Assembly (NCBI GenBank): GCA_040081625.1
Contig: JBEBGD010000024.1
Span: forward strand, 1 to 60,907
Length of the DNA stretch: 60,907 nucleotides
From: Chthoniobacteraceae bacterium
GTDB taxonomy: Bacteria > Verrucomicrobiota > Verrucomicrobiia > Chthoniobacterales > Chthoniobacteraceae
Reading direction: 5' to 3'
Shown one piece after another: positions 29,076 to 38,421 of this stretch. The notes beneath the pieces were generated by a model that worked only from the letters and a program-made list of their open reading frames with translations, was not told where the DNA came from and did no database searches. Every line of letters starts with the position of its first letter. Within the stretch, counting starts at the first letter, position 1. Both the position numbers and the translations under genes were made by a program.

Positions 29076-30035
29076 ATGACCGGGCCCGAAGCCAAACATC
29101 CAACAGTCACGGTGGGTGAATTTTATACCCGCCACTCCGAGGCTCTCGAGATGAAACTCGAGGGCCCGCAGATCGGCTTCGAGCATCGGATCAAGGAGCC
29201 GACGATCAACCGGCCGGGCCTCGCGCTGACGGGTTTCTATCAATACTTCGCCTACAAGCGCATCCAGGTGCTCGGCTCGGCGGAGCTTTCGTATCTCAAG
29301 AGCCTCCCGCTCGACGAGGCACGCGCGAAAGTGCGCCAGCTCTGCGAGGCCGACATTCCCTGCCTCGTCATCGCGCGGCAGATGAAGCCGCCGCCATTTG
29401 TCATGGAGGAGGCCGCGCGGGCGAAGATCGCGGTCTTCCGCACGCCGATGGTGACGATGCGATTCATCAACGCCGCGACGCTCGCGCTCGAGAGCGACTT
29501 CGCGCCGACCAAGAGCGAATACGGCTCGATGGTCGATGTGATGGGCGTCGGCACGCTGATCCGCGGCTCGTCGGGCATCGGCAAGAGCGAGTGCGTGCTC
29601 GGGTTGCTCGAGCGCGGGCACTCGCTCATCAGCGACGACATCACGCGTTTCCGCGGACTGGAGGGGCGCGAGTTGGTCGGCACGTCGCCGGAGCTCACGC
29701 GACACCACATGGAGATCCGCGGGCTCGGCGTGATCAATGTCATGTCGATCTTCGGCATCGGCTCGGTGCGGCAGGAAAAGCGGCTCGATCTCGTCATCAC
29801 GCTCAAGGACTGGCAGGAGGTCGAAGAGGTGGACAGGATCGGGCTCGATCAGGAATACTACGAGGTGCTCGAAATCCTGATCCCCCACGTCACCATCCCC
29901 GTGCGCACCGGCCGCGATCTGTCGCAACTGGTCGAGGTGGCGGCGCTGGATCAAAAGCTCAAGAGCTTCGGCCAGAACAGCGCGCTCGAATTCAATCAAC
30001 GCCTGCTCAACGTGATGTCCAAACAACAACCTTGA
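29076..30035 (+). CDS. hprK: HPr kinase/phosphorylase
   Basis: INRPGLALTG, Walker A GSSGIGKSE, LISDD, MEIRGLGVIN, IPVRTGR. Confidence 0.96.
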   Translation: MTGPEAKHPTVTVGEFYTRHSEALEMKLEGPQIGFEHRIKEPTINRPGLALTGFYQYFAYKRIQVLGSAELSYLKSLPLDEARAKVRQLCEADIPCLVIARQMKPPPFVMEEAARAKIAVFRTPMVTMRFINAATLALESDFAPTKSEYGSMVDVMGVGTLIRGSSGIGKSECVLGLLERGHSLISDDITRFRGLEGRELVGTSPELTRHHMEIRGLGVINVMSIFGIGSVRQEKRLDLVITLKDWQEVEEVDRIGLDQEYYEVLEILIPHVTIPVRTGRDLSQLVEVAALDQKLKSFGQNSALEFNQRLLNVMSKQQP

Positions 30036-30343
30036 TGGGATTCCTGAGCCGAAAACGCGATGCCGCTACTCCCGAAAAGTTCAGCAAGGTCTTCACCGTG
30101 CAGAACCGGCTGGGGCTGCACGCGCGGCCCAGCGCGCAATTCGTCAAGCTGTGCAGCAAATTCCGCTGCGAAGTGTGGGTCGAGAAGGACACCGAGCAGG
30201 TCAATGGAAAGAGCATCATGGGCTTGATGATGCTCGCCGCCGGGCTCGGCTCGAAACTCAAGGTCACCTGCGAAGGCGCCGACGCCGAGAAGGCGCTCGC
30301 GGACATCGAAGCACTCATCATCCGGAAGTTCGATGAGGACTGA
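30035..30343 (+). CDS. ptsH: Phosphocarrier protein HPr
   Basis: ATG 30035 coupled to the hprK stop (TGATG); NRLGLHARPSA (His15 site), NGKSIMGLMML (Ser46 site). Confidence 0.95.
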   Translation: MGFLSRKRDAATPEKFSKVFTVQNRLGLHARPSAQFVKLCSKFRCEVWVEKDTEQVNGKSIMGLMMLAAGLGSKLKVTCEGADAEKALADIEALIIRKFDED

Positions 30344-30361
30344 GCGCACCCCTCGCGCATC

Positions 30362-32119
30362 ATGAGCGAAGAAACTGTCGAGCGCCGTTATCAAGGGGTC
30401 GGAGTCTCGCCGGGCATCGCGCGCGGGACCATCTTCCTGCACCGGCCCGACGATGAAGATCCGCCGGTGACGCGGATCACCGAGGCGGACGTGCCGGGGG
30501 AAATGGCGCGCTTCGAAACTGCGCTGATCCAAACCCGGCATCAGATCCTCGAGATGCAGCAGCGCATCGCCGAGAGCATCGGCGCAAAGGACGCCGGAAT
30601 TTTCGACGCGCACCTGCTCGTGGTCGAGGATCGCACGCTCATCGACGAAGTCATCCGCGTGCTCCAGCGCGACAAGGTCAACGTCGCGCACGTCTTTCAC
30701 GAAGTCTCCAGCCGCTACTCGAAGACCCTCGCCGCGATCGACGACCCCTACTTGCGCGAGCGGGCCGTGGACATTCACGACGTGGCCCGGCGCGTGATTC
30801 ACAATCTGCTCGGCAAGGAAGGCAGCGCGCTCAACAGCGTGCTCACGCCGCACCTGCTCGTCTCGCACAACCTCACCCCGAGCGACACCGCGCAGCTCAA
30901 CCGCGCGATCGTGCTCGGCTTTGCGACCGATGTCGGCAGCAAGACCTCGCACACCGCCATCATGGCGCGCTCGCTGAACATCCCGGCCGTCGTCGGACTC
31001 CACGACGCCAGCGAGCAACTCGCGACGGGCGACCACGCCTTGCTCGACGGCTACAACGGTCTGCTCGTCATCAACCCCAGCGACCAGACGCTCTGGGAAT
31101 ACGGCGAACTCGAGGTCAAGAAGACCAAGGTCAACCAGGGGCTCGCCCGCCTGCGCGACACCGAGAGCACGACCCTCGACGGCCGCCACGTCGTGCTGAG
31201 CGCGAACATCGAACTGCCCGAGGACGTCGAGCAGGTCAAGCAGTGCGGAGCAGAGGGCGTCGGCCTTTACCGCACCGAATTTTTCTACCTCGCGAAACAC
31301 GAACTACCCGGCGAGCAGGCGCAGACCGACGCCTATCGCCAGGTCGCCGAGGCGCTCGCGCCGCAGCCCGTCATCATTCGCACGCTCGATCTCGGCGGCG
31401 ACAAGTTCATGAGCGCGCTCAACCTGCCCGAGGAGCTCAATCCCTTCCTCGGCTGGCGCGCGATCCGGTTCTGCCTCGCGAGAAAGGACATCTTCAAGAC
31501 GCAGCTCCGCGCCATCCTGCGCGCGAGCGCCGTCGGCAACGTGAAGATGATGTATCCGATGATCTCGGGTATCGACGAGCTGCGCCAGGCCAAGGCCGTG
31601 CTCGACGAATGCCGCGCCGAACTGCGCGCCGAGGGCGTGCCGTTCGACGAGAGGATGGAAGTCGGCGCGATGATCGAAGTGCCCAGCGCCGCGATCGCCG
31701 CCGACCTGCTCGCGCCCGAGGTGGATTTCTTCAGCGTCGGCACCAACGACCTCATCCAGTATTCGATCGCCGTCGATCGGCTCAACGAACACATCGCGCA
31801 TCTCTACGAGCCTACGCACCCGTCGATCGTCCGGCTGCTGAAGATGACCATCGACGCCGCGCACGCGAACAACCGGTGGGCCGGCGTGTGCGGGGAAATG
31901 GCCGGCGATATCGCGCTCACGCCGCTGCTGATCGGCCTCGGTGTCGATGAGTTGAGCGCCGGCGCCGCGGCCGTCCCGCGAATCAAGCGCGCTGTCCAGG
32001 CGCTCGACTTCCGCGCGTGCCAGCAACTCGTCGAGGACATCCGCCCGCTCGACTCCGCCGGCGCCATCCTCGCGAAGTGCGAAGCCGTGGCCCGGAGCCA
32101 CTACGGCGAGCTCTTCTAG
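30362..32119 (+). CDS. ptsI: PEP-protein phosphotransferase (PTS enzyme I, no GAF domain)
   Basis: GVGVSPGIA, TSHTAIMAR, GVGLYRTEF, RTLDLGGDK, NPFLGWRAIR, FSVGTNDL, GVCGE. Confidence 0.96.
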   Translation: MSEETVERRYQGVGVSPGIARGTIFLHRPDDEDPPVTRITEADVPGEMARFETALIQTRHQILEMQQRIAESIGAKDAGIFDAHLLVVEDRTLIDEVIRVLQRDKVNVAHVFHEVSSRYSKTLAAIDDPYLRERAVDIHDVARRVIHNLLGKEGSALNSVLTPHLLVSHNLTPSDTAQLNRAIVLGFATDVGSKTSHTAIMARSLNIPAVVGLHDASEQLATGDHALLDGYNGLLVINPSDQTLWEYGELEVKKTKVNQGLARLRDTESTTLDGRHVVLSANIELPEDVEQVKQCGAEGVGLYRTEFFYLAKHELPGEQAQTDAYRQVAEALAPQPVIIRTLDLGGDKFMSALNLPEELNPFLGWRAIRFCLARKDIFKTQLRAILRASAVGNVKMMYPMISGIDELRQAKAVLDECRAELRAEGVPFDERMEVGAMIEVPSAAIAADLLAPEVDFFSVGTNDLIQYSIAVDRLNEHIAHLYEPTHPSIVRLLKMTIDAAHANNRWAGVCGEMAGDIALTPLLIGLGVDELSAGAAAVPRIKRAVQALDFRACQQLVEDIRPLDSAGAILAKCEAVARSHYGELF

Positions 32120-32856
32120 CCGCCCACCCGTGCCACACACGCCTCGATCACCGCGACCTGCGCGGCGACGCGGCGATCCAGGGCAAACTCGCTCGGCGTC
32201 TCGAAGGTGATCGTGCGTCGCGCGTGCCCGCGGTGGAGGAAGACCGCCTCCGGCAGCCCGCCGAGCCGCGCGTAGCGGCGCGCGTCGAAATGGCGGCGGA
32301 TCACGCCGCTTTTGGGCCGGCTGACTTCGATGCGCGGGCGCGGATCGATCGCGATGATGCGGCTCGCCGCGCGCAGCAGCGACCCGCCCCACGCGGCGTC
32401 CTTGCGCAGGCCCTCGTAGAGGTAGATGCCCTGCGCGTCGTAGTCTTCGTGCAGTGTGAGCGCGATCGGGAATCGCCGCCCGCGCAGCCGCTCACGCAGC
32501 GCGCGTGTCACCGGCTCATCGTCGCGATCGAACGCGCGATTGAGGTCGAGGCCGGCTTCGTTCATGCGCGTGTTTTGCGTGAGTCCCCACGGATTCAGGC
32601 ACGGAAAGATCGCGAGCGGAAACCGCGCGAGCTTCGCGGCGTGCTTCTCCGCCCACGCGACCAGTCCCTCGGTCGAGGCGGGTTCGTCGCCGTGAATGCC
32701 GGCGGAGACGTAGAGCCCGTCACCGTCATCACTGATCAACGCGAAAATCTCGAACTCACCCGCAGCGGCGAACGGCTCAAGCTTCATCCCGGCGCGCCTC
32801 GCGACAGCGCGCCAGCGGCGGATGAGATGGGCGTAGTCGTGTGCGCGGTGGATCAC
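32116..32856 (-). CDS. M14-family zinc carboxypeptidase/amidase, MpaA-like
   Basis: GTG 32856 overlaps the mpl stop; GIHGDE, LNPWG, RMN..GLDLNR, LHED, TFETP; no signal peptide. Confidence 0.8.
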   Translation of the reverse strand: MIHRAHDYAHLIRRWRAVARRAGMKLEPFAAAGEFEIFALISDDGDGLYVSAGIHGDEPASTEGLVAWAEKHAAKLARFPLAIFPCLNPWGLTQNTRMNEAGLDLNRAFDRDDEPVTRALRERLRGRRFPIALTLHEDYDAQGIYLYEGLRKDAAWGGSLLRAASRIIAIDPRPRIEVSRPKSGVIRRHFDARRYARLGGLPEAVFLHRGHARRTITFETPSEFALDRRVAAQVAVIEACVARVGG

Positions 32857-34235
32857 AGCTCGCGCAGCAGCCGCTCGTGGATGCCGCCGAAGCCGCCGTT
32901 GCTGAGGATCACGATCACGTCGCCCTCGCGCACGAGTGACTTGAGCCGCGCGATGATCGCATCCACGCCCGGTTCGTAGAATGCAGGCCGGCCCGTCGCG
33001 GCGATGTCGGCGACGACGCGCTCTGGGTCGAGGCGATCCTCGGGTTTGAGTTGATCCATGCGCGCGACTTGCGCGAGCACGACGCCATCCGCTTCGGCGA
33101 GCGCGCGCGGGAGGGCTTGCTGGAAGACGGCGCGTCGCGTGGTGTTCGAGCGCGGCTCGAACAAGGCCCACAGCCGCCGACCGGGGTATTGATGGCGCAG
33201 GCCGCGGAGCGTCTCGCGGATCGCGGTGGGATGATGCCCGAAGTCGTCGATGAGCGTGATGCCGCGCACCTCGCCGCGGATCTCCTGGCGGCGCTTCACA
33301 CCCTCGAAGCTCGCGATGGCTTTCGCGATCACATCGAGCGGCACGCCGTAGAAGTGCGCGGCGCTGATCGCCATCGCGCAGTTGCGCACGTTGTATTCGC
33401 CATTGAGCGGCGTGCGGAAGGTGTGGTCGAGGAGCGTGAACTCCGTGCCGTCGGCGTGGTAACGCACGTCGCGGATGTGGCGGGCGGCGTTCGGCGAGAC
33501 GCCGACCTCGACGAGCTGCGCGCGGCAGTCGCGCGCGACATCGACGCAGTTCGGGTCGTCGCCATTGATGAGCACCATGCCTTCGCCCGGCACGATGTTG
33601 AGCAGGCGGCGGAAGCTCAGCTTGATCGCGTCGAGGTCCTCGAAAATGTCGGCGTGGTCGAACTCGACGTTGTTCACGATCACGAGTTCGGGGAGGTAGT
33701 GCAGGAACTTCGAGCGCTTGTCGAAGAACGCGGTGTCGTATTCGTCGCCTTCGATCGCGCAGAACTTCGAGTCATGCAGCGAGCAGCCCTGGCCGAGGTT
33801 TTTCGGAATGCCGCCGATGAGATACGCCGGGTCGAGCCCCGCCTCGCGCAGGATCCATGTGAGCAGCGCGGTCGTCGTGGTCTTCCCGTGCGTGCCGGTG
33901 ACGACGAGGTTATGGCGCCCGCGGAGGAAGAAAAGTTTCAGCGTCTCGGGCAGCGAGAGGTAGGTAAGCTTGCGGTTGAGCACCGCTTCGACCTCGGGGT
34001 TGCCGCGCGAGATCGCGTTGCCGACGACGATGAGGTCGGCGTTCGCGGGGATGTTCTCGGGCTTGTAGCCTTCGCTCAGCTTCACCCCGCGCCCGGCGAG
34101 GAAGTCGGACATCGGCGGATACATTTTTTCGTCGGACCCGGTGACGGTGAAGCCGCGTTCCTTCAAAGCCGCCGCGACCGAGCCCATCGCGGTGCCGCAG
34201 ATGCCGATGAAGTGAAGGTGCCGGAAGTTGAGCAT
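32853..34235 (-). CDS. mpl: UDP-MurNAc:L-Ala-gamma-D-Glu-mDAP ligase (murein peptide ligase)
   Basis: HFIGICGTAMG, YPPMS, GTHGKTTT, EGDEYDTAFFDKRSKF, EFDHADIF, DDFGHHPTAI, FEPRSNT, SNGGFGGIH. Confidence 0.95.
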   Translation of the reverse strand: MLNFRHLHFIGICGTAMGSVAAALKERGFTVTGSDEKMYPPMSDFLAGRGVKLSEGYKPENIPANADLIVVGNAISRGNPEVEAVLNRKLTYLSLPETLKLFFLRGRHNLVVTGTHGKTTTTALLTWILREAGLDPAYLIGGIPKNLGQGCSLHDSKFCAIEGDEYDTAFFDKRSKFLHYLPELVIVNNVEFDHADIFEDLDAIKLSFRRLLNIVPGEGMVLINGDDPNCVDVARDCRAQLVEVGVSPNAARHIRDVRYHADGTEFTLLDHTFRTPLNGEYNVRNCAMAISAAHFYGVPLDVIAKAIASFEGVKRRQEIRGEVRGITLIDDFGHHPTAIRETLRGLRHQYPGRRLWALFEPRSNTTRRAVFQQALPRALAEADGVVLAQVARMDQLKPEDRLDPERVVADIAATGRPAFYEPGVDAIIARLKSLVREGDVIVILSNGGFGGIHERLLREL

Positions 34236-34238
34236 CCC

Positions 34239-34829
34239 TCAGAGAAGCCCAAGGAGCTGCCCGAGCAAGACGAGCATCGTCCAGTAAACGAACACGGTGA
34301 AGAGGAGCACGCCGGAGATGCCGACGAGCAGGGCGCTGACGAAGATCCAGCTCGGGCGCGTGGAGGCGGCGGTGTTCGCGTGCGCTTTGAGCAGCTCGTA
34401 GTTGCGCACGTTGGATTTGAACCAGAATGAAAACGCGTCGCCGATGAGGGGGATGGCGCCGACGGTGGCGTTGAGGACGATGTTCATCGCCATCTGCGTG
34501 AGGACGATTTTCGGCACGCCGTAGCCGGCGCTGCGCCACAGCAGCAACAACGAGGTGAGTGCGGATGCTGCGTCGCCGTAGCCGGCGACGAGGCCGATGA
34601 CGGGGTCGAGACCGAAGCGGAAGTTGGTGCCGGGAACGGTGAACGCCGAGTCCATGAGCCGCGCGATGAGTGCGGCGAACGGGTCTTCAAAGGGCGGCGG
34701 CGGCGGTTCGCTCGTGTCGCGGGTATAGACGCGCGGCTCGTCGCCGGGAGGCTCGACGCGGGGCTCGGCGCGCGCCGTTTCCGGCGGGAGCACTTCGACT
34801 TCGATCTCGCGCACCGGCTTGTCCGCCAT
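34239..34829 (-). CDS. DUF4112-like membrane protein
   Basis: ARLMDSAFTVPGTNFRFGLDPVIGLV.GYGD, GAIPLIGD.F..WFKSN.RN. Confidence 0.85.
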   Translation of the reverse strand: MADKPVREIEVEVLPPETARAEPRVEPPGDEPRVYTRDTSEPPPPPFEDPFAALIARLMDSAFTVPGTNFRFGLDPVIGLVAGYGDAASALTSLLLLWRSAGYGVPKIVLTQMAMNIVLNATVGAIPLIGDAFSFWFKSNVRNYELLKAHANTAASTRPSWIFVSALLVGISGVLLFTVFVYWTMLVLLGQLLGLL

Positions 34830-34832
34830 CCG

Positions 34833-36560
34833 TCAGCCGGGGATGCCTGCGAGCATTTGCGCGTTGGTCGGGAATTTCTTCATGAAGAAGAGCAGGCGCT
34901 CGACGGCTTCGAGCGGTTTGTATCCGGCGAGTCCGCGGCGGATGACGTGGATCTTGTGCAGGTCGCTCTCGGGGATGAGCTGCTCCTCACGGCGTGTGCC
35001 GGACATGAAGATGTCGATGGCGGGATAGACGCGTTGCTCGGCGATCTTGCGATCGAGCACGAGCTCCATGTTGCCGGTGCCCTTGAACTCCTGGAAGATG
35101 ACTTCGTCGGCGCGGCTGTTGGTCTCGACGAGCGTGGTGCCGACGATGGTGAGCGAGCCGGCTTCCTCGGTGTTGCGCGCGGAGGCGAAGAGGCGGCGCG
35201 GGGTTTCGAGCGCGCGGTTGTCGAGACCGCCGGAGCCGGTGCGGCCGCCGCCGCTCATGGCGTTGTTGAAGGCGCGGCCGACGCGGGTGATCGAGTCGAG
35301 CAGGATAAAGACGTGCTTCCCTTGCTCGACGAGCCGGCGCGCGCGCTCGATGGCGAGCGAGGCGATGCGGGTGTGGGACTTCACGTCGAGGTCGTTCGAG
35401 CTGGCAAAGATCTCGGCGCCGGGCGCGCTGCGGCGGATGTCGGTGACTTCCTCCGGGCGCTCATCGACGAGCAGGAACATGAGGTGGATGTCCTTGTGGT
35501 TCTTGAGCACCGCATCGGCCATGTGCATTAGGAATGTCGTCTTGCCGGTGCGCGGCGGGGCGACCACGAGCGCGCGCTGGCCGCGACCGATCGGGCACAT
35601 CATGTCGATGATGCGCGTGGTGTAGCGGTCGGGCACGGTCTCGAAGGAGATGCGCGGCGCGGGCCAGATGACGGTGAGTTCGTCGAAGGCGGGCAGGTTG
35701 CGCACTTCCTCGGCGGGATCGCCGTTGATCGTCTCGAGCTTGTGGAGTTGCGCGCCGCGCTGGCCGCGGCGGACGACGCCACGGAGCATCTGCCCATCAC
35801 GCAACTGGAACTGCTTCACGATCTCGGGGGTGACGAAAATGTCGTGCGGCGCTTGCGCGAAGTTGCGCTTTGCGTCGCGGAGGAAGCCGAAGCCTTTGCC
35901 GGAAATCTCGATGATGCCTTCGCCTTCGCCGAGTTCCTCGGCCTTGGGCTCGCCCTCGAGGATGGCCGGCGCGCCGGCGAGTTCGGGCGGGAGCGATTCC
36001 CTGCCACCGCCGCGGTCTGCGTGCATCGGGTCGTCGCGCCGCTGCTGCGGCTGACGCTCGTTCGGCTGACGCTCGTGGCGTTCGTGGCGCGGTTGACGCT
36101 CGCCGCGCTGCTGGCGCTGCGGCCGCTCGGTGGCGGCGGCGATTTGATCCATGAGTCCTTGCGGGAGTTCCTCGGTAGAGCTTACCGCGACGCCGACCTG
36201 CTTGCCTTCGGCTTCGAGCTGCCTGGCGACGGTCCGCGGGATATAGACCGGATATTTCCTCGCAGGCGCTTCAGACGGCGGAGGTGAGGCGACTGGTGCC
36301 GGTGCGGGCTCAGGCTCCGAGGCAGGCGCGGCGGGCACGTTGACGCTGGTCAGCTTGAGTGATGATTGCTCTTCAGCCGGGGCAGACTTTGCGGAAGCAG
36401 CGGGCTTCTTCCGCGCCGACTTTGGCTTGGCTTTGCCCTCGACGGACTCGGTCTTCTTCGCGCGTGATTTGGCGGCCACGGGGGCGCGACGCCTGGCGGT
36501 CTTCCTTGGCGCGGTGTCGTCCGTCGCTTGGAGCAGCGGTTGGTCTGCGGATTCAGTCAT
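34833..36560 (-). CDS. rho: Transcription termination factor Rho with ~210-aa low-complexity N-terminal extension
   Basis: GFGFLR, DIFV, PIGRGQR, APPRTGKT, DERPEEVTD, LDSITR, SGG, EFKGTGNMEL, SGTRREE. Confidence 0.96.
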   Translation of the reverse strand: MTESADQPLLQATDDTAPRKTARRRAPVAAKSRAKKTESVEGKAKPKSARKKPAASAKSAPAEEQSSLKLTSVNVPAAPASEPEPAPAPVASPPPSEAPARKYPVYIPRTVARQLEAEGKQVGVAVSSTEELPQGLMDQIAAATERPQRQQRGERQPRHERHERQPNERQPQQRRDDPMHADRGGGRESLPPELAGAPAILEGEPKAEELGEGEGIIEISGKGFGFLRDAKRNFAQAPHDIFVTPEIVKQFQLRDGQMLRGVVRRGQRGAQLHKLETINGDPAEEVRNLPAFDELTVIWPAPRISFETVPDRYTTRIIDMMCPIGRGQRALVVAPPRTGKTTFLMHMADAVLKNHKDIHLMFLLVDERPEEVTDIRRSAPGAEIFASSNDLDVKSHTRIASLAIERARRLVEQGKHVFILLDSITRVGRAFNNAMSGGGRTGSGGLDNRALETPRRLFASARNTEEAGSLTIVGTTLVETNSRADEVIFQEFKGTGNMELVLDRKIAEQRVYPAIDIFMSGTRREEQLIPESDLHKIHVIRRGLAGYKPLEAVERLLFFMKKFPTNAQMLAGIPG

Positions 36561-36810
36561 AGATAAGTCGGTTGCCGCCCGTGCATCGGACGGCGGAGAA
36601 AAGTGGCGGGGATGTGGATCTGCCGGAGGCGTGATGTCCCTGATCCTGTTTTTGGACTAACAACAGGGTTGGGAACTTCGAGATGCGCGAATGCCATGTC
36701 GGGCTTTTGGCTGCGGTCTTTGTGCGGGAGACTGCCCGGAGTCTGCGGCACCACCGATTCGCGCGAATTGCGTGCGGCTCTTGTTTGCCGGAGACCACGG
36801 CCCGCGTCAA
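36561..36810 (-). promoter_or_regulatory. Putative rho promoter and long 5' leader
   Basis: Minus strand TTGACG-N17-CAAACA (36810-36782), then ~215 nt untranslated, with a CCTGTT/AACAGG stem and a C-rich tract near the ATG. Confidence 0.4.
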
Positions 36811-36840
36811 CGGAAATTTCAGGACATTAACAAACGGTCA

Positions 36841-38421
36841 TCACTTCACGCCGGGATCCAGATAGTTTGTGCAGACGAAGATTCGGAGCTGGCGCAGCGG
36901 CTGGCCGCGCCGGGTCTGGTCGATGCAGGCGATCATCTCCCACTGCTCAAATGCGTCCTTGATCGATGACGGCGCCTTCACCTCGGCGCGGTCGGTGATG
37001 TAGAGCGCGGTGTGGCCCTTGAAGGGATTGTAGCCCTGCTCCTCGGTGTAGATGGTGTCCTCGCGCTGGTAGCCGGGCGGGAGGTCGATGAGCTGATCGT
37101 AGCGCGGCCAGAACGAGAACTGGTCCTCGAAATACGGCTGCGCCGGAATGTAGATCGGCGGGTGTCCGGGGCCGGCGGGGCGCTTGTCCCCGAGGTAAAA
37201 GCCGAGGCTCGCCGCGACTTCGTGCTCGTTTGCGATGAGGAAGACGGGCACGCCATGCTCCGCTTCGTATCGATCGCGGAAGCGCTCGATCTCCGCGGCG
37301 GCGCTCTGCCAGCCGCGCATCCGCGACGACGGATCGCGCGCGTAAGCCCACGACACGCCGGTGGCACGGACGAGGTCGGTGTTCATCAGTGCCAGCGACA
37401 TCGCGGCGCCGATCGCGAGAGCGGTGAGTGCGAAGCGACCGACACGGACGGAGGACTCCGCGCGCTCGTGCCACAGCGCGACGGCGAGCAGCGCGAGGGA
37501 GAGCGAGGAGGGGGCGGTCCAGTTCGCCTCTCCGGCTTGCTTGAGCGACAGCCAGAAATAGAGCGCGAAGAGCGGCAACGTGAAGGCGAGGAGGTAGCGG
37601 ACCTTGAATGAATGCCTCGCTTTCGGAAATGCCCACGCGACCGCGGCGAGCATCGCGCCGAAGATGAGCGGCGAATAGACGCCAAAGTGGGTGAGCAGGA
37701 ATTTTCCAAACTCCCCGAACTCGAGCGCGAACGGCTTCTTCAGCCCGCCGCGCGCGGTGAGATGATCGAGCGTGACCCAATCGTGCTGCGCATTCCACAC
37801 GATGATCGGCGTGCAACAGGCGAGAAACATGGCGAGCATCGCGTAGAAACCGGGGCGCTTGAATTCGCCGCGATACTTCGGCGTGAGCGCGAGCAGCAGT
37901 GCGATGGAGACGAGTTGCATCGCGTTGGTGTATTTGGCGAGGAAGCCGAGGCCGATGAGCGCGCCGGTCGCCGACCACCACCACGAGAAGGCGGGGCTTT
38001 CCTCGATCGCTCGCCAGCACGTCGCCAGTGCCGCAGCCCAGAAGAAAATCGAGAGCGGGTCGATCGTCATCACGAGAGCGCCTGCATTGAAGATGGGCAC
38101 GACGTTCAGCAGCAGCACGAGCCACGCGGCGATGGACTCGCTGTAGAGTCGGCGCGCAAACTGCCACATGACGAGCGACGTGCCCAGCGCGAGCAGCGGG
38201 CTGAAAAAGCGGACTCCGAACTCGCTCGCGCCAAAGAGATGCGTCGAGAGCCAGATCGTGACGGCGACTCCGGGGCCCTTTGAGAAGAAGCTCCAGTCCA
38301 TCCGCTCGCTCCACATGAAGTAGTAGGCCTCGTCGGGAAAGAGTCCGAACTGGGCGATGAGCGCGAGCCGCAGGGCCGTGAGCACGCCGAGGAAAAAGAA
38401 GACGAGGCGACGTGGGGTCAT
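36841..38421 (-). CDS. ArnT/PMT-like GT-C glycosyltransferase (GT83/GT39-like)
   Basis: ATG 38421 overlaps the PAP2 stop; LFPDEAYY, KGPGVA, GVRF, TIDP, GFLAKY; many TM segments. Confidence 0.88.
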   Translation of the reverse strand: MTPRRLVFFFLGVLTALRLALIAQFGLFPDEAYYFMWSERMDWSFFSKGPGVAVTIWLSTHLFGASEFGVRFFSPLLALGTSLVMWQFARRLYSESIAAWLVLLLNVVPIFNAGALVMTIDPLSIFFWAAALATCWRAIEESPAFSWWWSATGALIGLGFLAKYTNAMQLVSIALLLALTPKYRGEFKRPGFYAMLAMFLACCTPIIVWNAQHDWVTLDHLTARGGLKKPFALEFGEFGKFLLTHFGVYSPLIFGAMLAAVAWAFPKARHSFKVRYLLAFTLPLFALYFWLSLKQAGEANWTAPSSLSLALLAVALWHERAESSVRVGRFALTALAIGAAMSLALMNTDLVRATGVSWAYARDPSSRMRGWQSAAAEIERFRDRYEAEHGVPVFLIANEHEVAASLGFYLGDKRPAGPGHPPIYIPAQPYFEDQFSFWPRYDQLIDLPPGYQREDTIYTEEQGYNPFKGHTALYITDRAEVKAPSSIKDAFEQWEMIACIDQTRRGQPLRQLRIFVCTNYLDPGVK

